DNA of 64,000 nucleotides, taken from assembly GCF_009914755.1 (NCBI RefSeq), contig NC_060947.1, one strand, 5' to 3'. This DNA is from the human T2T-CHM13v2.0 reference genome, Homo sapiens. Below, piece after piece: positions 14,651 through 30,159 of this stretch (the first letter of the stretch is position 1; each line of letters opens with the position of its first letter). A program made the position numbers and the translations under genes. Under the pieces are notes generated by a model that saw only the letters and a list, made by a program, of their open reading frames with translations, did no database searches and was not told where the DNA came from.

Positions 14651-16280
14651 AAAAAAAGAATTTTAATATGTTTCTGTATTCTAGGCTTAATTTGTATTGA
14701 TTTTTTAAAAATGTCTACAAAATCAAATAACAAAGAATTACACATTCAAACAGATTCAATTAAGTGGATTCTGAAAGAAATATCTGTAGAAAATGAAGTC
14801 TCAAATCTCATAGTAAAGCATCTTCATAGCTTTTTATTCTCTGCTAATGTTTATATTTCATGGAGGCATAAAATCATTCAGGCTGAAGTTAAAACATCTT
14901 TCTTTTATCACAAGTAGCTTGAGTTTTGAACCCGGAGGAGGCACTCTGGGTTGAAAGTTATTCATTATAGAAAATGGTTGAACTATAAAATGTCTTCTAC
15001 TGGGAGAAGGTCGGCTTATTTGGGTTGCTACAGCTTTATTGAGGGTGGGGCAGGGAAGAATATAAAAATTTCTTTCTGCTGTTGCATTTGTTTATCAAAT
15101 TTGTGCAAGGCCTTGTTGATCATGGGAAGCATAAAGAACACAGATACTATATTCACGTTTAAAGTAAGACAACGGAATCTATCACAAGGGTAGTGAAAGT
15201 CTAAAAAAAAAAGGGGGAACAGAGAGAAAAGAAAGGGCAAGTATTTAGAAATAGATAGCAGCCTGAAATATTTTTGTACACGCACAGGAAGTTGCTTTCA
15301 GAAAGCCAGGCCACAAGACTCTTGCACACAAACCTTGCACAAGGAGCTCTAGGATTAGAAAATAGCATCATGAGCTGAAAGTGATTACATTTTGCAGATG
15401 GGTGTCTCTATTAATTTGGATCTATACTGTGGCTAGAGATCCTGCTGTCTGACGCAAAAGCAAAGGATGTAAAAGCCAAAAAAAAAAAAAAAAATGCTGT
15501 AACCCTTCTCTTAATATTGGCATTAAAGCTGAAAATATGCCTCTGTTTATCCAAAGCATAAGGAAGTTGTATATCATAGTAGCAGAATGTATCAGGTATC
15601 TAAGATTGAGTGCAGAATTCCGATAAGAGAGCTCTTGAGCACAGAGTTTCAGCTTTGGGCAAGGAAGAATTTCCCTGTGTCATTTTGTTTAGGGAAATGT
15701 TTCCCGAATAATACACATTTCATTTTTCTGGCATGGACTTGGACTCATGTGGATTCCATTTGAGGAAAGAAAAGCTCAAGAAGCAGAGGGGTGGTGGGAT
15801 TTTTTTGTGACTGCTGCAATTTCAGAGAATGCAAAACTAGTGTGACCCACTAATGGTGACTGTTGTGCTGTAGAATGTTCTGTTCATAGCCACAGGGGAA
15901 ACCACTGCGATTCTGAGGCAGAACTGGCTAGTTCAGGAGCCAGCAAAGACACTAGAGTTAAAACCCACGTGCCTACCTTTGTCTTGTAACAAATAGCAAA
16001 ATTTTGCCTGATGTTGGAAGAAATATTCCTTTTCTTAATCTGGTGTAAAGCAAGTACATGTGAATGTTTCCCTTGATTAACTTAAGCTCCCTCAAATGAC
16101 AGGTGCATTTGTGTTTTTGCGAAGAGTTGGAAGGTGGATTGGTGGTGAGGTGAGACAGGCATCATCATCGTTTAGGATTTTTCACGTGTCCTTGGGGCAT
16201 AAACCAAGCTAAAGATATCCAAAAAAGCCAATTCCTCTTAGAGCTCTCACAGTGTAGCGTGAAACCTGCCTAGGAGACTC

Positions 16281-16491
16281 CAGTGGTTCTGAATCGGAAG
16301 GCAAATTGGCAGGGGGTACATTTTTGGTTATCAGGATTGGAGGCGGGAAAGGGGCAGTGAAAAGGCTGCTCTTGTCATGGAGTGGGTAGATGCCAGGGCG
16401 GCTGCTAACCATGCCACCATGCACAGGACAACTCCCCTAATACAGAATTGTCCAACCAAAAGTGTCACTAGTGCCGAGGCTGAGAAATCCT
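16281..16491. mobile_element. MER20 hAT-Charlie MITE
   Basis: cagtggttct start; gagtgggtagatgccagggcggctgctaac...gtgtcactagtgccgaggctgagaaa. Confidence 0.8.
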
Positions 16492-16920
16492 CATCCTAAC
16501 ACATGCCCTAAACAATAAATCCATTTTAAACATTCCCCAGTTGGTGAAATTAACCAGAACGATAGTCTGATAAAACAAAAAACAAGTAACCCAGTAAGTA
16601 ATATTTCCTCCTTCCTCTTTCCCATTTCACAGAAAATCGTTGAATAAATGCAAGCAGGATATTTTTAAGAGAACAATTCTGTAAGCAATCTCCTTAAATA
16701 TGTTTCACTTCAATTTCTGCCATTATCTAGAGGCTATATGCCCAGTACAATTATTGAAATCACTGTAACAGTAAAAATTTATAGCCGTATTAGTGTATTT
16801 TGGCTAAGTTGAAATGGCAGATGAGGGTAAAACACAAAAATCCTTTAAAAAAAGATAGCTTATTTGATTGCTGCACCAGTTTAAGAAAAAAGGCTAGAAT
16901 TTATGTTAAAACTGTCTTTA

Positions 16921-17888
<968 letters not shown>

Positions 17889-18668
17889 CTGGATGCAGTT
17901 TAGATCTTTAGATGCAGGACAATAAGTGACTTACATAAAAATTCAAGCCCAAGAAAGCAATGCGTGTTTCAGTACTCCTGAGCTTGTATCTCTTTTAATT
18001 TATTGGCCAGAAGAGGAAACAGCTTCAGCTACTCTTCCTAGTTGGGAAACTTAATATGAAAACCTAATATGAAGCCCAAGATCCTTAGAGAATGTTAATA
18101 CAGAAAGTCCTGCCCATGGCTTGAAAATTTTTGTGCAAATAGCATTAATTGGGGTAATCAGGAGGTTTGGGATTTTAGGACAATTGGTGTCACCACTTAT
18201 CTGTGTGGCCTTGGCCTTCAGTTTCCTTATCTGCAAAACAAAGCCTATGATTTCCAAAGTCACTTTCAACTAAAGAAACAATGGTTCAAAAATAGTCAAA
18301 TACAGGCTGACCTTGAGATTTCTACCAAGCCATCAAATGTCTCTAGTAATTTTTACCGATTTGGAAGTAAAGTGATAGCTCATGAAACTGGGAATTTGTT
18401 CTTTAACCAGTAGAGAAAATAATATTTATTAGTATCTGCTTTAGAAGGATTGCAAATAGTTAATACCCTCTTTCCTTCATCAGAATAAATGAATCCAGGA
18501 CCTCTATGATAAAGAATTTATTTTTTCTCCCACATCCAAATCTATTTATTATTCTGTGATATTTGGAGTTGAGTATTTAGATCATTTTAGGTCATTCTAT
18601 GTCAATTTAGCCTTGCAGAACCCCCTGAGACAATAGTACTTCTATCTTAATATTAGTGCGAATGTTAA

Positions 18669-18938
<270 letters not shown>

Positions 18939-19762
18939 TAATGTTAATTTAGAATTTCCCAAGCAAATCTGTATACAACAGAAATTGCCTGGCAGCATGG
19001 CATATCAGCATCTAGTGTACTCTCTCTGAGAGGCTCTTGAAAGCTGAAAACTGGAGAAAACACAGGGCAGGAGCACAGAACATGGGCAAACAGCATCACT
19101 ACATGTTTTCTCCTTTACAGGAAATCTCTTGCCGGAAGCCGTGCCACAGAGCACACAGGCAGTTTGCAGAGAAGGATGCAACCCACACCATGTCCGAAGC
19201 GGGCTCTGGGGAAGGCAAGGTTTGATTGTTTCTCAGGTTGTTTTACTGCCCTGCCCACACCCTCCCACCCAGAGAAGTTATTCCTTCTGCAGCTGTGTGC
19301 GATTTTTTCAGAAAGAGTTTTAGTCTTTGTTTTTCCCAAGACTTTGTATTGCCTTTTCTCCTCTTCTTGGGCTTGAGTTTAGATGGGACATAACAGGAAA
19401 GGGCAATGAATCCCAAACCCATTTTATTTTTTGGTTCATTTGTTGATTTATTTTTATCTCAGCAATAATTTAGTGAGAAAGAAGGTTAATATGATGACAA
19501 AAATATGGGTTTGGAAGACCCTTAGTGAGTTTTAAGAAGACAGGCCACCATAGCAGCTGTAGCTAAATAAGCATTTGCTGTATAAGTCAATTACTAAAAA
19601 TTGTGTGTTGTCTACTTAGAAATGTTTCTTGGGGTGTTTATTAAGGTGTGTGACTTTGAGAATGAGGAATAGAGGAAATGGAAGACGAGTAAGAGAAACC
19701 ATCCTCCATTTGAGATATCGTGACCCAGCTCTGTTTCCTTTGCTCTCTGTCTGAAGTTAAAA

Positions 19763-19793
<31 letters not shown>

Positions 19794-20298
19794 CAAAAAT
19801 TAAAAACCCTCAATGGAGAAATATATAAATATTTACAAAGGCTTCTCTTCTATCTACAATACCTTTGTGCAAGATATATCATCTTAAAATCTTGCAATTT
19901 GATTGCAGTTGAAATTAATGGTGCAAGAGGTTTTCTTTTTTGTTTGCTTTTTTCTTCATAACGGAAGTGTAATCTCCTTGCAAAGCTTGTGAGCATGCAT
20001 CCTAAATTGTGAACTTCATCTGCCATGGAAGGGAAAACCTTGACCCAATACCATTGGGATCTAAAAGTGTGATTCCTAGGATTCTGAGCATACTACACGA
20101 GATTTAAGGCCCCTTTCAGACTCTGCATTAATGCTTGTTCAGTAGTGATAAATAACATTGATTGGTATTGAGACCAGATTAATAACAGAAGGCAGCTAAA
20201 AGGTATTCCCTCTTAGCCTAATTTCCCAAAGGGCATCACTCAGCTGCATTAGTGGGGCGAGGCTCTTCCTTCTCTAAGTGGTGTCTTTAGAAGCTTGA

Positions 20299-20602
<304 letters not shown>

Positions 20603-22099
20603 AGAGGGATTCTTAAGAGCAGCTGAGAAAGGGCCCTGCACTTCAGCTGGCTCCAGTTTGTCATCCTTTGTCTGGTATCTTCAGACAAGACATTGCAATA
20701 AGAAAAAATAAATACAGTGTGAGAAATCAAATGGTTTTTGTCAAAGTGTAAAAGGGACTGCATCTGACTAACACTGGAGTTGGACAGAAGCCATAAAGGA
20801 TGTTTTGTGTGAATGTTTCCGGCTGCAAAATCTACCTGACTGTTGCACTGAAACCACAACTATCTATCACATGCTTGTGAGAAACCCCCAGGAGCTTCCT
20901 GTTTCGTGTGGGTCGTGAGAAGATTGCACAGCACAGTACAGCTTTCATTGTCTTTGAGCTAATCTTAAGCTAGGAGAAGGAAGGAGAATTCACATTTTGT
21001 ATGTTTAGTTATTTGTGAAGTCTTTACACCCATAAATCGATTATGTATAAATTAGTATACAGATTCACTACCATGGAGAGGATACTGTGTACATCTGAGG
21101 ATACTGTGTACATATGGTTGAGTCACTTCACCTAGGCCTTGGGGAGGAGTTGGGGCATCTCCAGGGTAAAGTAATGTGGTTTAGCACGGGGACTTCCAAG
21201 GAAGCATCAGTATGAGATAGGGGAACATGGCTGACCAACGGCAAGATGATGCCCCATGATGGAGCAGATGGGATTGGCGTGGGAGGGGTAGTTTGTGAGA
21301 CCAGAAGACTTGCAATCTCTCCTGCTGAGACCAATACCAACCAAAGAATAATTAGAGAGCATGGAGGACAACATGATCTCATGTGAATCTCACATCATAC
21401 CTTACAAGTTAACTCTGTGTATCGCCTAAGGAACGGCTGAAGCTTCTTTTCTTGTAAATGACAATAGACACATATCCAGTGCCATTAAGGACAGCATCTG
21501 GTCACCCAGTGGCCAATAATGTCAAAGTTCTGATCACAAGGTGAGCAGTTTCCTGAAGATAGAAGAGTACGATGGCCACAGCCATGGGTTCCAACATAGC
21601 CACTCTCTGGGGCCACCAGACACCCTCCTCACACTCCGCAGAGTTTGCTTAAATGTGCTCTGAGCTGGATGCATTTGCTAAAGGTTTGTCTCTTCCCCTT
21701 TGTTAACCCAAGAAAACAGAAGGACGTCTCAGCTAGACCCCAGCCGCTGCCACCCCATCTCTTCTCCAACTCTGCTCCGGCAGCTGGCGTTTCCTGTGTT
21801 CTCTCAGTGGGTTAAGAGAATGGTGGTGGCACATTGTCCCTTAATTAGACTGCAAGAGCAGCCATCTCCTGCTCAACTTGCCTGGGCAATCTTTTTATTC
21901 ATCATACCTGAAAGTAACAGTAGTGGCTTTTTGTATGGCATATGTTATATGTAATCATGATGACCTTCTTATAAGCAGAAGAGTGGAAAAAATACAGGAG
22001 GAACTTAGAACTGACATTCTCACTTCCATCATGTGGATTAGACTATTAGCATGTTGCTGTGCCCCCATTTCATGTTATTAATTAATTAATTAGGGATCA

Positions 22100-22398
<299 letters not shown>

Positions 22399-22788
22399 GG
22401 ATCAGCAAGCTTAGGTGAAATATTATTTTCGTAAGTGAATTTTTCATTATGAAAAGTTCAATAAATTTTTCATAAAACAGTATTTTTTATAAAACAATAT
22501 TTAATTTTCAAAAGCAATATTTAATAACTAAGAAATTTGAACAATATAGGAAAGCACAATGATAAAAAACAAACCCCACAAAACCCTTATGGACTTCATT
22601 CTCAGCCAAAATTGCAGTTAATATTTTGATGTATTCCCTTCCAGTATTTTTTTTTCTCTGCTTCTACATATATTGGTAAACACTGTCCCTCTTTTTACAA
22701 ACCTAGATCATTCTGGATATTCAATTGCGTATCCTACCTTTTTTCATGTTATGTAGCATTTTAGCCTCATTTCCCCATTCTCTTATAA

Positions 22789-23096
<308 letters not shown>

Positions 23097-25289
23097 ATAA
23101 CATGATTATTAATGGCTATGTTCATTTTAAGAATATGCCATATTTTTTTTTCTAATTGTTGTTGAGGGATATTTAAGAGGTATAGAATTTTTCTCCATGG
23201 TAAACAACATCGCAATGAATATATCTGTCCATAGATTTTTAGACTATATCTCTGATTACTGACCAAACATGTGATCCTTGAATTAAATTTTTCAACATCA
23301 ACAGATCTAAATATTTTTATGGCTGTTGATGCATATTGTCAGCCTGACCTTGAAAATGACTACACCAATTTATAGTCACAATCAGATCGTTAAAATTTTT
23401 ATTATCAGACAATCCTTGGTACCGAGGACTGATAGTGACAGTGCAGTGTCTTAAGTGACAGTGAAAAGCATAGACCAGCTTCATATACGGAATTTAAAGA
23501 TCCAAGAGAAAAACTGATCAGATATTGAACTAAGGGTGCTTCCCAGGGTTGTTCTAGAAGGAAATGGCCATTTTGGCAGAGCCACTGACCTTTAACAAAG
23601 ATACCAGAATGAGTTGAATGCTCATTCTGCTTGAGCATGAAAAAGACATATACTTCATCCAGAATTTCCCTTCTATCCCCCAGATCCACACTTCTCTATT
23701 CAAGTCAGGGTTTGTGACAGGGTAGCCTAACAGGGTTTGAGGTTTCCATAAGGGGAGGGCTCATACGTATGAGTTTAGTTCTTGCAAAAAGGAAAGCGTA
23801 GAAGTTGACCTTTGAGGTCATTTCGTGCACAACATGCAGTAGGCAACGAGAGGTGAACCAACCTTCGTTCTTTTCTGCTTCTGGCCAGAGCTGACTCCGT
23901 CATTGTCTGTTTTCCCACTGATTATAATAATATCCGTTGGCTTCCAAAGGGTAGTTGGGGTTGAATTCCTGTTTATCAAAGGCTTGGAAGAGAGGCCCTC
24001 TGATAGCCTGTGCAAATGACTGGTAGGAAAGTACAGCTGTGGCCTTGGCGGGCCACATTGTCTGTCTCAGATGGCTATCAAATGAAGCCTTGGGTTGCCT
24101 CTAATGTAACAAAGCTAGAGTTAACAGTCTTCATCCTTACAGAGCTCTTGGGCTGATTGTGCAAGAGATTCATGATCTGATCACAAGAGCAAAAAGAACG
24201 CCTGTGTTGCAGATAACAAAGAATTACACAAGGCCTGAAACAAACCCCAATGTTTTAAAACACTTGGTGGAAATTTAAGTTGCAAAGCATTTTATCATCT
24301 CAGGCCATCTCTTACAGGGGCCAGCTGAAGCTACCCGTACACATCGTTTTACAAGCCCTGGGCTGTCAATGGGTCTTTTAAAACCAGCTGAACTGCGTTT
24401 TGCTTTTCAGTGTGTAAGCTGGTCAGCTTACAGCAGTACAAATTGGCAGCGTGGCAAGAAAGAAAACTGAAATTCAATCCAACACTGGGATTGGAAGCTC
24501 TTGAGACTCAAATGTCACCAACACCGGGGGCTTCTCCTCTAATTATCCTGTCAAACGAGGGTTGAAAATGTCAGCACAGACTTCAGTCTCAGCTCCTCCA
24601 GCAACCAATGAGAGTGGGCTTGGGTCTGGTTTAAATGATGAAGAACAAATTTGAAAAACCCTTCAGTTGATTTCAAGACTTCCTGGGACGGCGATGTTTA
24701 AACCACAATGTTCTTCTTTTGGGGCAAAGTTAAGAGCCAATCACAGTTAAGGTTTCTCTGCATGTTCTGCCCATATTTGGCTGTAATCTTGCTTCATCCA
24801 ACTAAATTTATAATATATGTGAGTGAAAAGCAAGCCTTTGGGATTTGTCTCTCTCTCTCTTTCCTTGTTATAAAGGAAGCCTTATCTTTATGCATTTGGG
24901 GCTACCTGTGAACTTACAGTCTAGCTTCAAAGCAAAGAAAGGAGCAGCCAGTGTAGAAAACTTCGTTTTTACTTTTTTTTTTTTTTTTAAACAAGCTTTA
25001 ACTGTAGCTTCTGGCTACAGGAAAGTACATAGAAAACCGAATCTAGTTTCGGCCTGTGCAGTACTGACCAGGAGAGGCTTATGAGATTATGGGGATATTG
25101 AAGAACACAGAATGTCACATGGATGATTGTATTTTATCTATAATGTATGTGTAGGAGAGATCCATTTCTCAGAGATGGCAAGAACTAAATGCACCCTTTG
25201 AAATATCTTCTTAGGGGTTGCTTGAGGAGGATGATCAAATCTTACAGAGAGATAAGACACAAATATGATAAAAGTTATTCTCATTTTAA

Positions 25290-25500
25290 GTGACTATTTA
25301 TTGACCACTTGATATGTATCATCCATTTCATTCTCACCACAATCCTATGAAGGAGATTCAATTCTATCCACATTTTGCAGTGAAGAAACTGTGGCAGTGC
25401 ATGTAACTTGCCCCAGGTGCCTGAGCTTATAAGGAGTGGAACTAAGAATCCACTCTGAACAGTCAGCTGCCAAAGCCCCTCACTCTTAGCCTCTTTGCTC
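25290..25500 (-). mobile_element. MIR SINE
   Basis: ttctcaccacaatcctatgaagg...cacattttgcagtgaagaaactgtggca. Confidence 0.7.
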
Positions 25501-25918
25501 TACTCCACTGAGATGTTCTCTTGGGTTTACTACCAAGAACAGAGGCTGTAAGTAGTATAGAATGCCCCCGGGGACCCCAGTGTCCAAGACACCAACTTCC
25601 ACTGCCTCTCAGGACCCTAAGGAAAGAAAACTGAGAGGTTGTTCAGCTTGTCTCAGGTCCAGAACTGTCTGGTCAGAGGGGATCCTGGGATCCACCAGTT
25701 GAGCCCTTCATTCAGGGCCCCAGTTATTCCTAGTCTTGGGAAACCCAGCTCTAGAAGCCCCTCCCCAGCAGGATTGAGGACAAAGGGGCTAGACTAGAGA
25801 CCCAGCAACATGGCCCTTCCATGTTCTCAAAACTCAAGAGACCTAGAAAAGAGAAGGGTGGCAAAGCAGCCCAGCCCCACCCCCCAGGGCCAGAGAGGCC
25901 CCACTTCACTCTGTAGAG

Positions 25919-26117
25919 CAGTGGGATTCATCTGGGTGCCATTTGGCCCTCCAGGAGATGTTTGGCAATGTTTAGAGACATTTTAGGTTGCCACAGCTGG
26001 GTTGGGGAGGCGAGGGTGCTACTGGCATCTAGTGGGTAGAGGCCAGGGATGCTGTTAAATATCCTACAACGCACAGCACAGCTCCTGCCACAAAGTGCTG
26101 CGGTGAGAAGCCCTGCC
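25919..26117. mobile_element. MER20 hAT-Charlie MITE
   Basis: gtgctactggcatctagtgggtagaggccagggatgctgttaaatatcctacaa. Confidence 0.88.
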
Positions 26118-26389
26118 CTCAAGTCTTGGTTGGGCACATTCCACCCACAGCTCTGAGGAAGCTCCGTCTGGGGCTTCTTCAAAGAGTCATTCTGCAACCA
26201 GGAAGCTGGCAGCCCATACAACTATGCAGAAGGTGAAAGAGAGAAGGCGGGACCATGAACACGCGTTTTAATTACTGCATGTTTGTTTCTGACAGAGAGA
26301 GGTCAGTGTTTGCCTCCATTTGCAGGCATCAGGACCAAGGTGGGCAGTGGGCAGTGAGGGGGCAGGGGTGGAGGGCGGCACTAGCTCTG

Positions 26390-26853
26390 TGTAGCAGGCT
26401 GAATAATGGCTTCTAAAGATAGCAGATCCTGATCCCGGTAGCCTTCTATGAAAAAAGGTGGTCTTTGCAGATGTCATTAAGTGAAGAATCTTGAGATGGG
26501 GAGATTATCCTGTATCATCTGAGTGGGTCCTAAATGTAATCACACGTATTCTTGAGAGAAGGAGGCAGAGGGAGATCTACGTGCACATGGAAAAGGTGAT
26601 GTAACAACAGCAGAAATTGGGGTGATGAGGCCACAAGCCAAGGAATATGGATGGCCACTAGAAGCTGGAAAAGGCAAGGATCAGATACTCCCCTAGAGCT
26701 TCCTGGGGGAACGTGGCCCTGCCCACACCTTGATTTGGGCCTAGCGAGACTGATTTCAAAATTCTGGCCGCCAGAACTGTGAGAGAATAAACTGTTGTCT
26801 TAAGCCACCAAGTTGGTGGTCATTTGTTACTGCAGCCATAGGAGACTAATCTA
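26390..26853 (+). mobile_element. MaLR solo LTR (MLT1C/D-like)
   Basis: tgtagcaggctgaataatggc start; ctttgcagatgtcattaag; end taagccaccaagttggtggtcatttgttactgcagccatagg. Confidence 0.88.
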
Positions 26854-27499
26854 CCCTGAGACTCCTGGGGCCCCCAGATGGATCCTCTGAGGCTGAGGGG
26901 CAAACTCTTCCATGCAGGCAAAGCCAGAAAAAGGGGAATGGAAATTTCCTTTGCACTTTCCTTGATACATTTACATTTCCCATCCCACCCTTTAAGCACC
27001 CTTTCCTGTGAAAACATGGCACCTGCCCCCTCACCGGCCTCTATCAGTCAACAATTCAACTGAATGTCGGGCAAAGCATATGACACCCCCAGTGCTTGGT
27101 TCAAACCTGTTTGAGTCACCTGTCACTTTCTACCTTGAATTTTTGTCACCAATGTACATGCAGTAACTTCTATACTAGACTGTGACTCAGACGCTCACAA
27201 TCACACTCAAACACAGTCTAGTGTTTTTCACAGCCTGGTATAGAAGGTACTGCCTGTACATCAGAACAGGGGAGCAGGAGCCTGATCTGATTTATTATGA
27301 AGTCTCCCAAGGCCTCCAGCGCACAGTATCAGGCACACAGGAAACAATCAATGATTAATGTGTGCTTCCTCCATCCTATGAGAAATATTACTTAGGTCTC
27401 TTTATGACGAGTGGCCAAAAAGCACAAAGCCGAATCTGATGCTTATTAATAGTAATCCCATACTTGCTGTAAGCCCTGCAACAACTATCATTATCCATG

Positions 27500-28080
27500 T
27501 TTTGTTTTTCAATGGAGGTATAATTTACATACAGTAACATGCACACATCTTAAGTGTATAGCTTGATGAATTTTTACCTAAATATACCTCCTGGAAACCA
27601 CTGACCACACAAACATCTATGTCTTTCCATCACTCTAGAAAGCTTCCTTTTTCCCTTTTCCTAGTCAATTAACCCCCATGCCCCTCACACTCCAGTGAAC
27701 CACTATTCTGACTTCTACTCCCATAAACTAGGTTTGCTTGTTTGTGAACTTCATATAAATGAAATTGTACAGAATGTACTCTTGCATCTGGCTTCTTTCT
27801 CTTAACATAATGTTTTTGAGATTTATCCAGGTGATTGTATCAGTTTATTCTTTCTTTTTTTAATCTGCTGTGTATTATTCCATTGTAAGAATATGCCATA
27901 ATTTGTTTATCCATTCTTCTATTGATGGACATTTGGATCATTTCCAGTTTGGGCATATTGTGAATAAAGCTGCTATGAATACTGGTGTATTTTATGGACC
28001 TGTGCTTTCACTCCTCCTGGCTATGTACTTAGGAGTAAAATTGCTGGGCTGTAGAGAAGGCATCTGTTTAACTTAATAGA
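27500..28080 (-). mobile_element. Old L1 (L1MC/L1ME) 3' fragment
   Basis: gaggtataatttacatacagtaa...tttgtttatccattcttctattgatggacatttgg. Confidence 0.85.
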
Positions 28081-29692
28081 AGTTAGTATCACTATTTTTG
28101 ATTTGGATATGAGAAAAAAAGGGTTTTTTTAGAAAAAAAAAATGAAACAGTTACAATCTTTCTTCACTTATTTTCCCAATTCCATTCATTGTATTAATTT
28201 TTTAAAGAGTAGAGTATCTCTTTCCTGTGCCACAGGCATGGTTAATTGAATCAGCAGTACAGAAAGTTAGAGGGTCACGAGGTACGAAGAATCCAGCAAA
28301 CTCACATCTGCGTAAATACACTCTCACATCATTTTATATGCATTCACACCAACCCATATCTTTAAAAGTGGACTTTCCTGACACTGGGGTTGACCACAGT
28401 GCTGACACAGACAGAATTCCTATGAAAGCAAATATTTTAAGAGGAAAATTTCCCCTGTAATGAAAACTTGATTGAAATGACAGTTGCAGGCAGTGAAAAG
28501 CATGTGGAATATGTAGAACGAGCAAAATCAGATCTTTCTGTGGTGTCCTTTCTGAGTATCCAAGAAGTCTCATTCCCCTGCCAAATGCACAACTCTCCTA
28601 AGGCCTGAGCACAAAGAGAACTGCCTGGTCTTCCCAGCTGCCAGCTCCCTTCCAAAGTGAATTCCTGAGTCCCAGCTGCTCCCCACTGGAGTGCCACTGA
28701 ATTCTACAAAATCCTGACCAGCTATGCAAAAGCAAATAAACAGGGGCAAGTATTTTAAGACCCTATAGTGTCACAACACTGAAGGCTGGTATGCTAAAAG
28801 GAAGAACAGAAATGTCCAAGCTTGTTTCTCTACAAGGTATATTTTACAACAGCCATTACTCATCACAAGTAAAATTCGTTTCACCCAAATAGGCATTTCA
28901 TACAATTTTTCTAATGATACACAGTGCTTGTTTTCAGATTACCTAAAGTCCCAACCCTTCTGCTATCTCAAACTTTGACCTTTGTCTGTGAGATGCATCT
29001 AGTGCCTCATTAAATGGCAGCTTGATACAATTATATATTCCTTGGTCCTTTCTTACAGAATCTGAGATGACACCCCGGGATTGCCACGGGAAAAATTGCC
29101 ATGTCTGTGTGATATCAAATAGTCTGATCAAGTCAGCAAATAAGAAATGTCAATCACTCAGGTTTTGTCGTTGGCACAAGGAAATCAAAACAATGGGGTG
29201 ATTCAATATCTTTCCCTTTCTTTTCTTATTTTTTTTTTTGGTTTGTTTTTAAACATTTATTTTTTCCACTGCTCTCTTGTTGTGTTGATAGTCATTTTCT
29301 GAACAAAAACAGAACACTTTCTACTTGATTTTCTTTGCCATTTTTTGAGAGACTATCGAATGTACTTGTCCTGAAACTGTTTTCAGAGCAGAATTTAGCT
29401 TTCTCAGTGGGACTGGTAATGCAATGGGAATTAGCCCTACATTTTCCACATTGATTTCCTGCAGCTCAACTTCCATATGAGTTGTTTTAATGTATAACTT
29501 ATTGGATCTGTCATGATTTGGAGTTAATTTCTTTCTTATTCTAAAGAGCACACAGGATTGCTTAGGGAGAAATGACCATGGACTGGCAGAGGCTTCCTTA
29601 TTAGGAAGTCAATGTATCTGCCACTGAAACCCCACATCATGGACCTCGGAAGCCTCCATCATGGTGGGGGATTTGGTTCTCTGCTCCGCATA

Positions 29693-30004
29693 TTTTTTTT
29701 TTTTTTTTTTTTTTTTTTTGAGATGGAGTTTCACTCTGTCACCCAGGCTGGAGTGCAGTGGCGTGATCTCGGCTCACTGTATCCTCCACCTCCTGGGTTT
29801 AAGCAATTCTCTGCCTCAGCCTCCCGAGTAGCTGAGATTACAGGCGTCCACCACCACACCAGGCTATTTTTTTTTTTTGTATTTTTAGTAGAGATGGGGT
29901 TTCAGCATCTTGGCCAGGCTGATCTTGAACTCCTGACCTCATGATCTACCCGCCTTGGCCTCCCAAAGTACTGGGATTACAGGCATGAGCCACCACGCCC
30001 GGCC
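29693..30004 (-). mobile_element. Alu SINE (AluS-type)
   Basis: Long poly-T plus dimer; TSD-like ctccgcatatttt / ctctgtatatttt. Confidence 0.96.
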
Positions 30005-30159
30005 TCCTCTGTATATTTTTTATGGAATCACTTCTTTCTTATTTTAGTTCCACTAGCACAAGTAAGTTTTGATTTGGGAAATGGTGAACATATTACTGCA
30101 CATGTTTTGTGGGCCCACAGACTCTATCATAGACTTTTTGTTGTTGTTGTTGTTGTTAA

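Noticed and set aside
23760-23773. 14-bp perfect palindrome ctcatacgtatgag
   Set aside because: About four such palindromes are expected by chance in 64 kb (64000/4^7)
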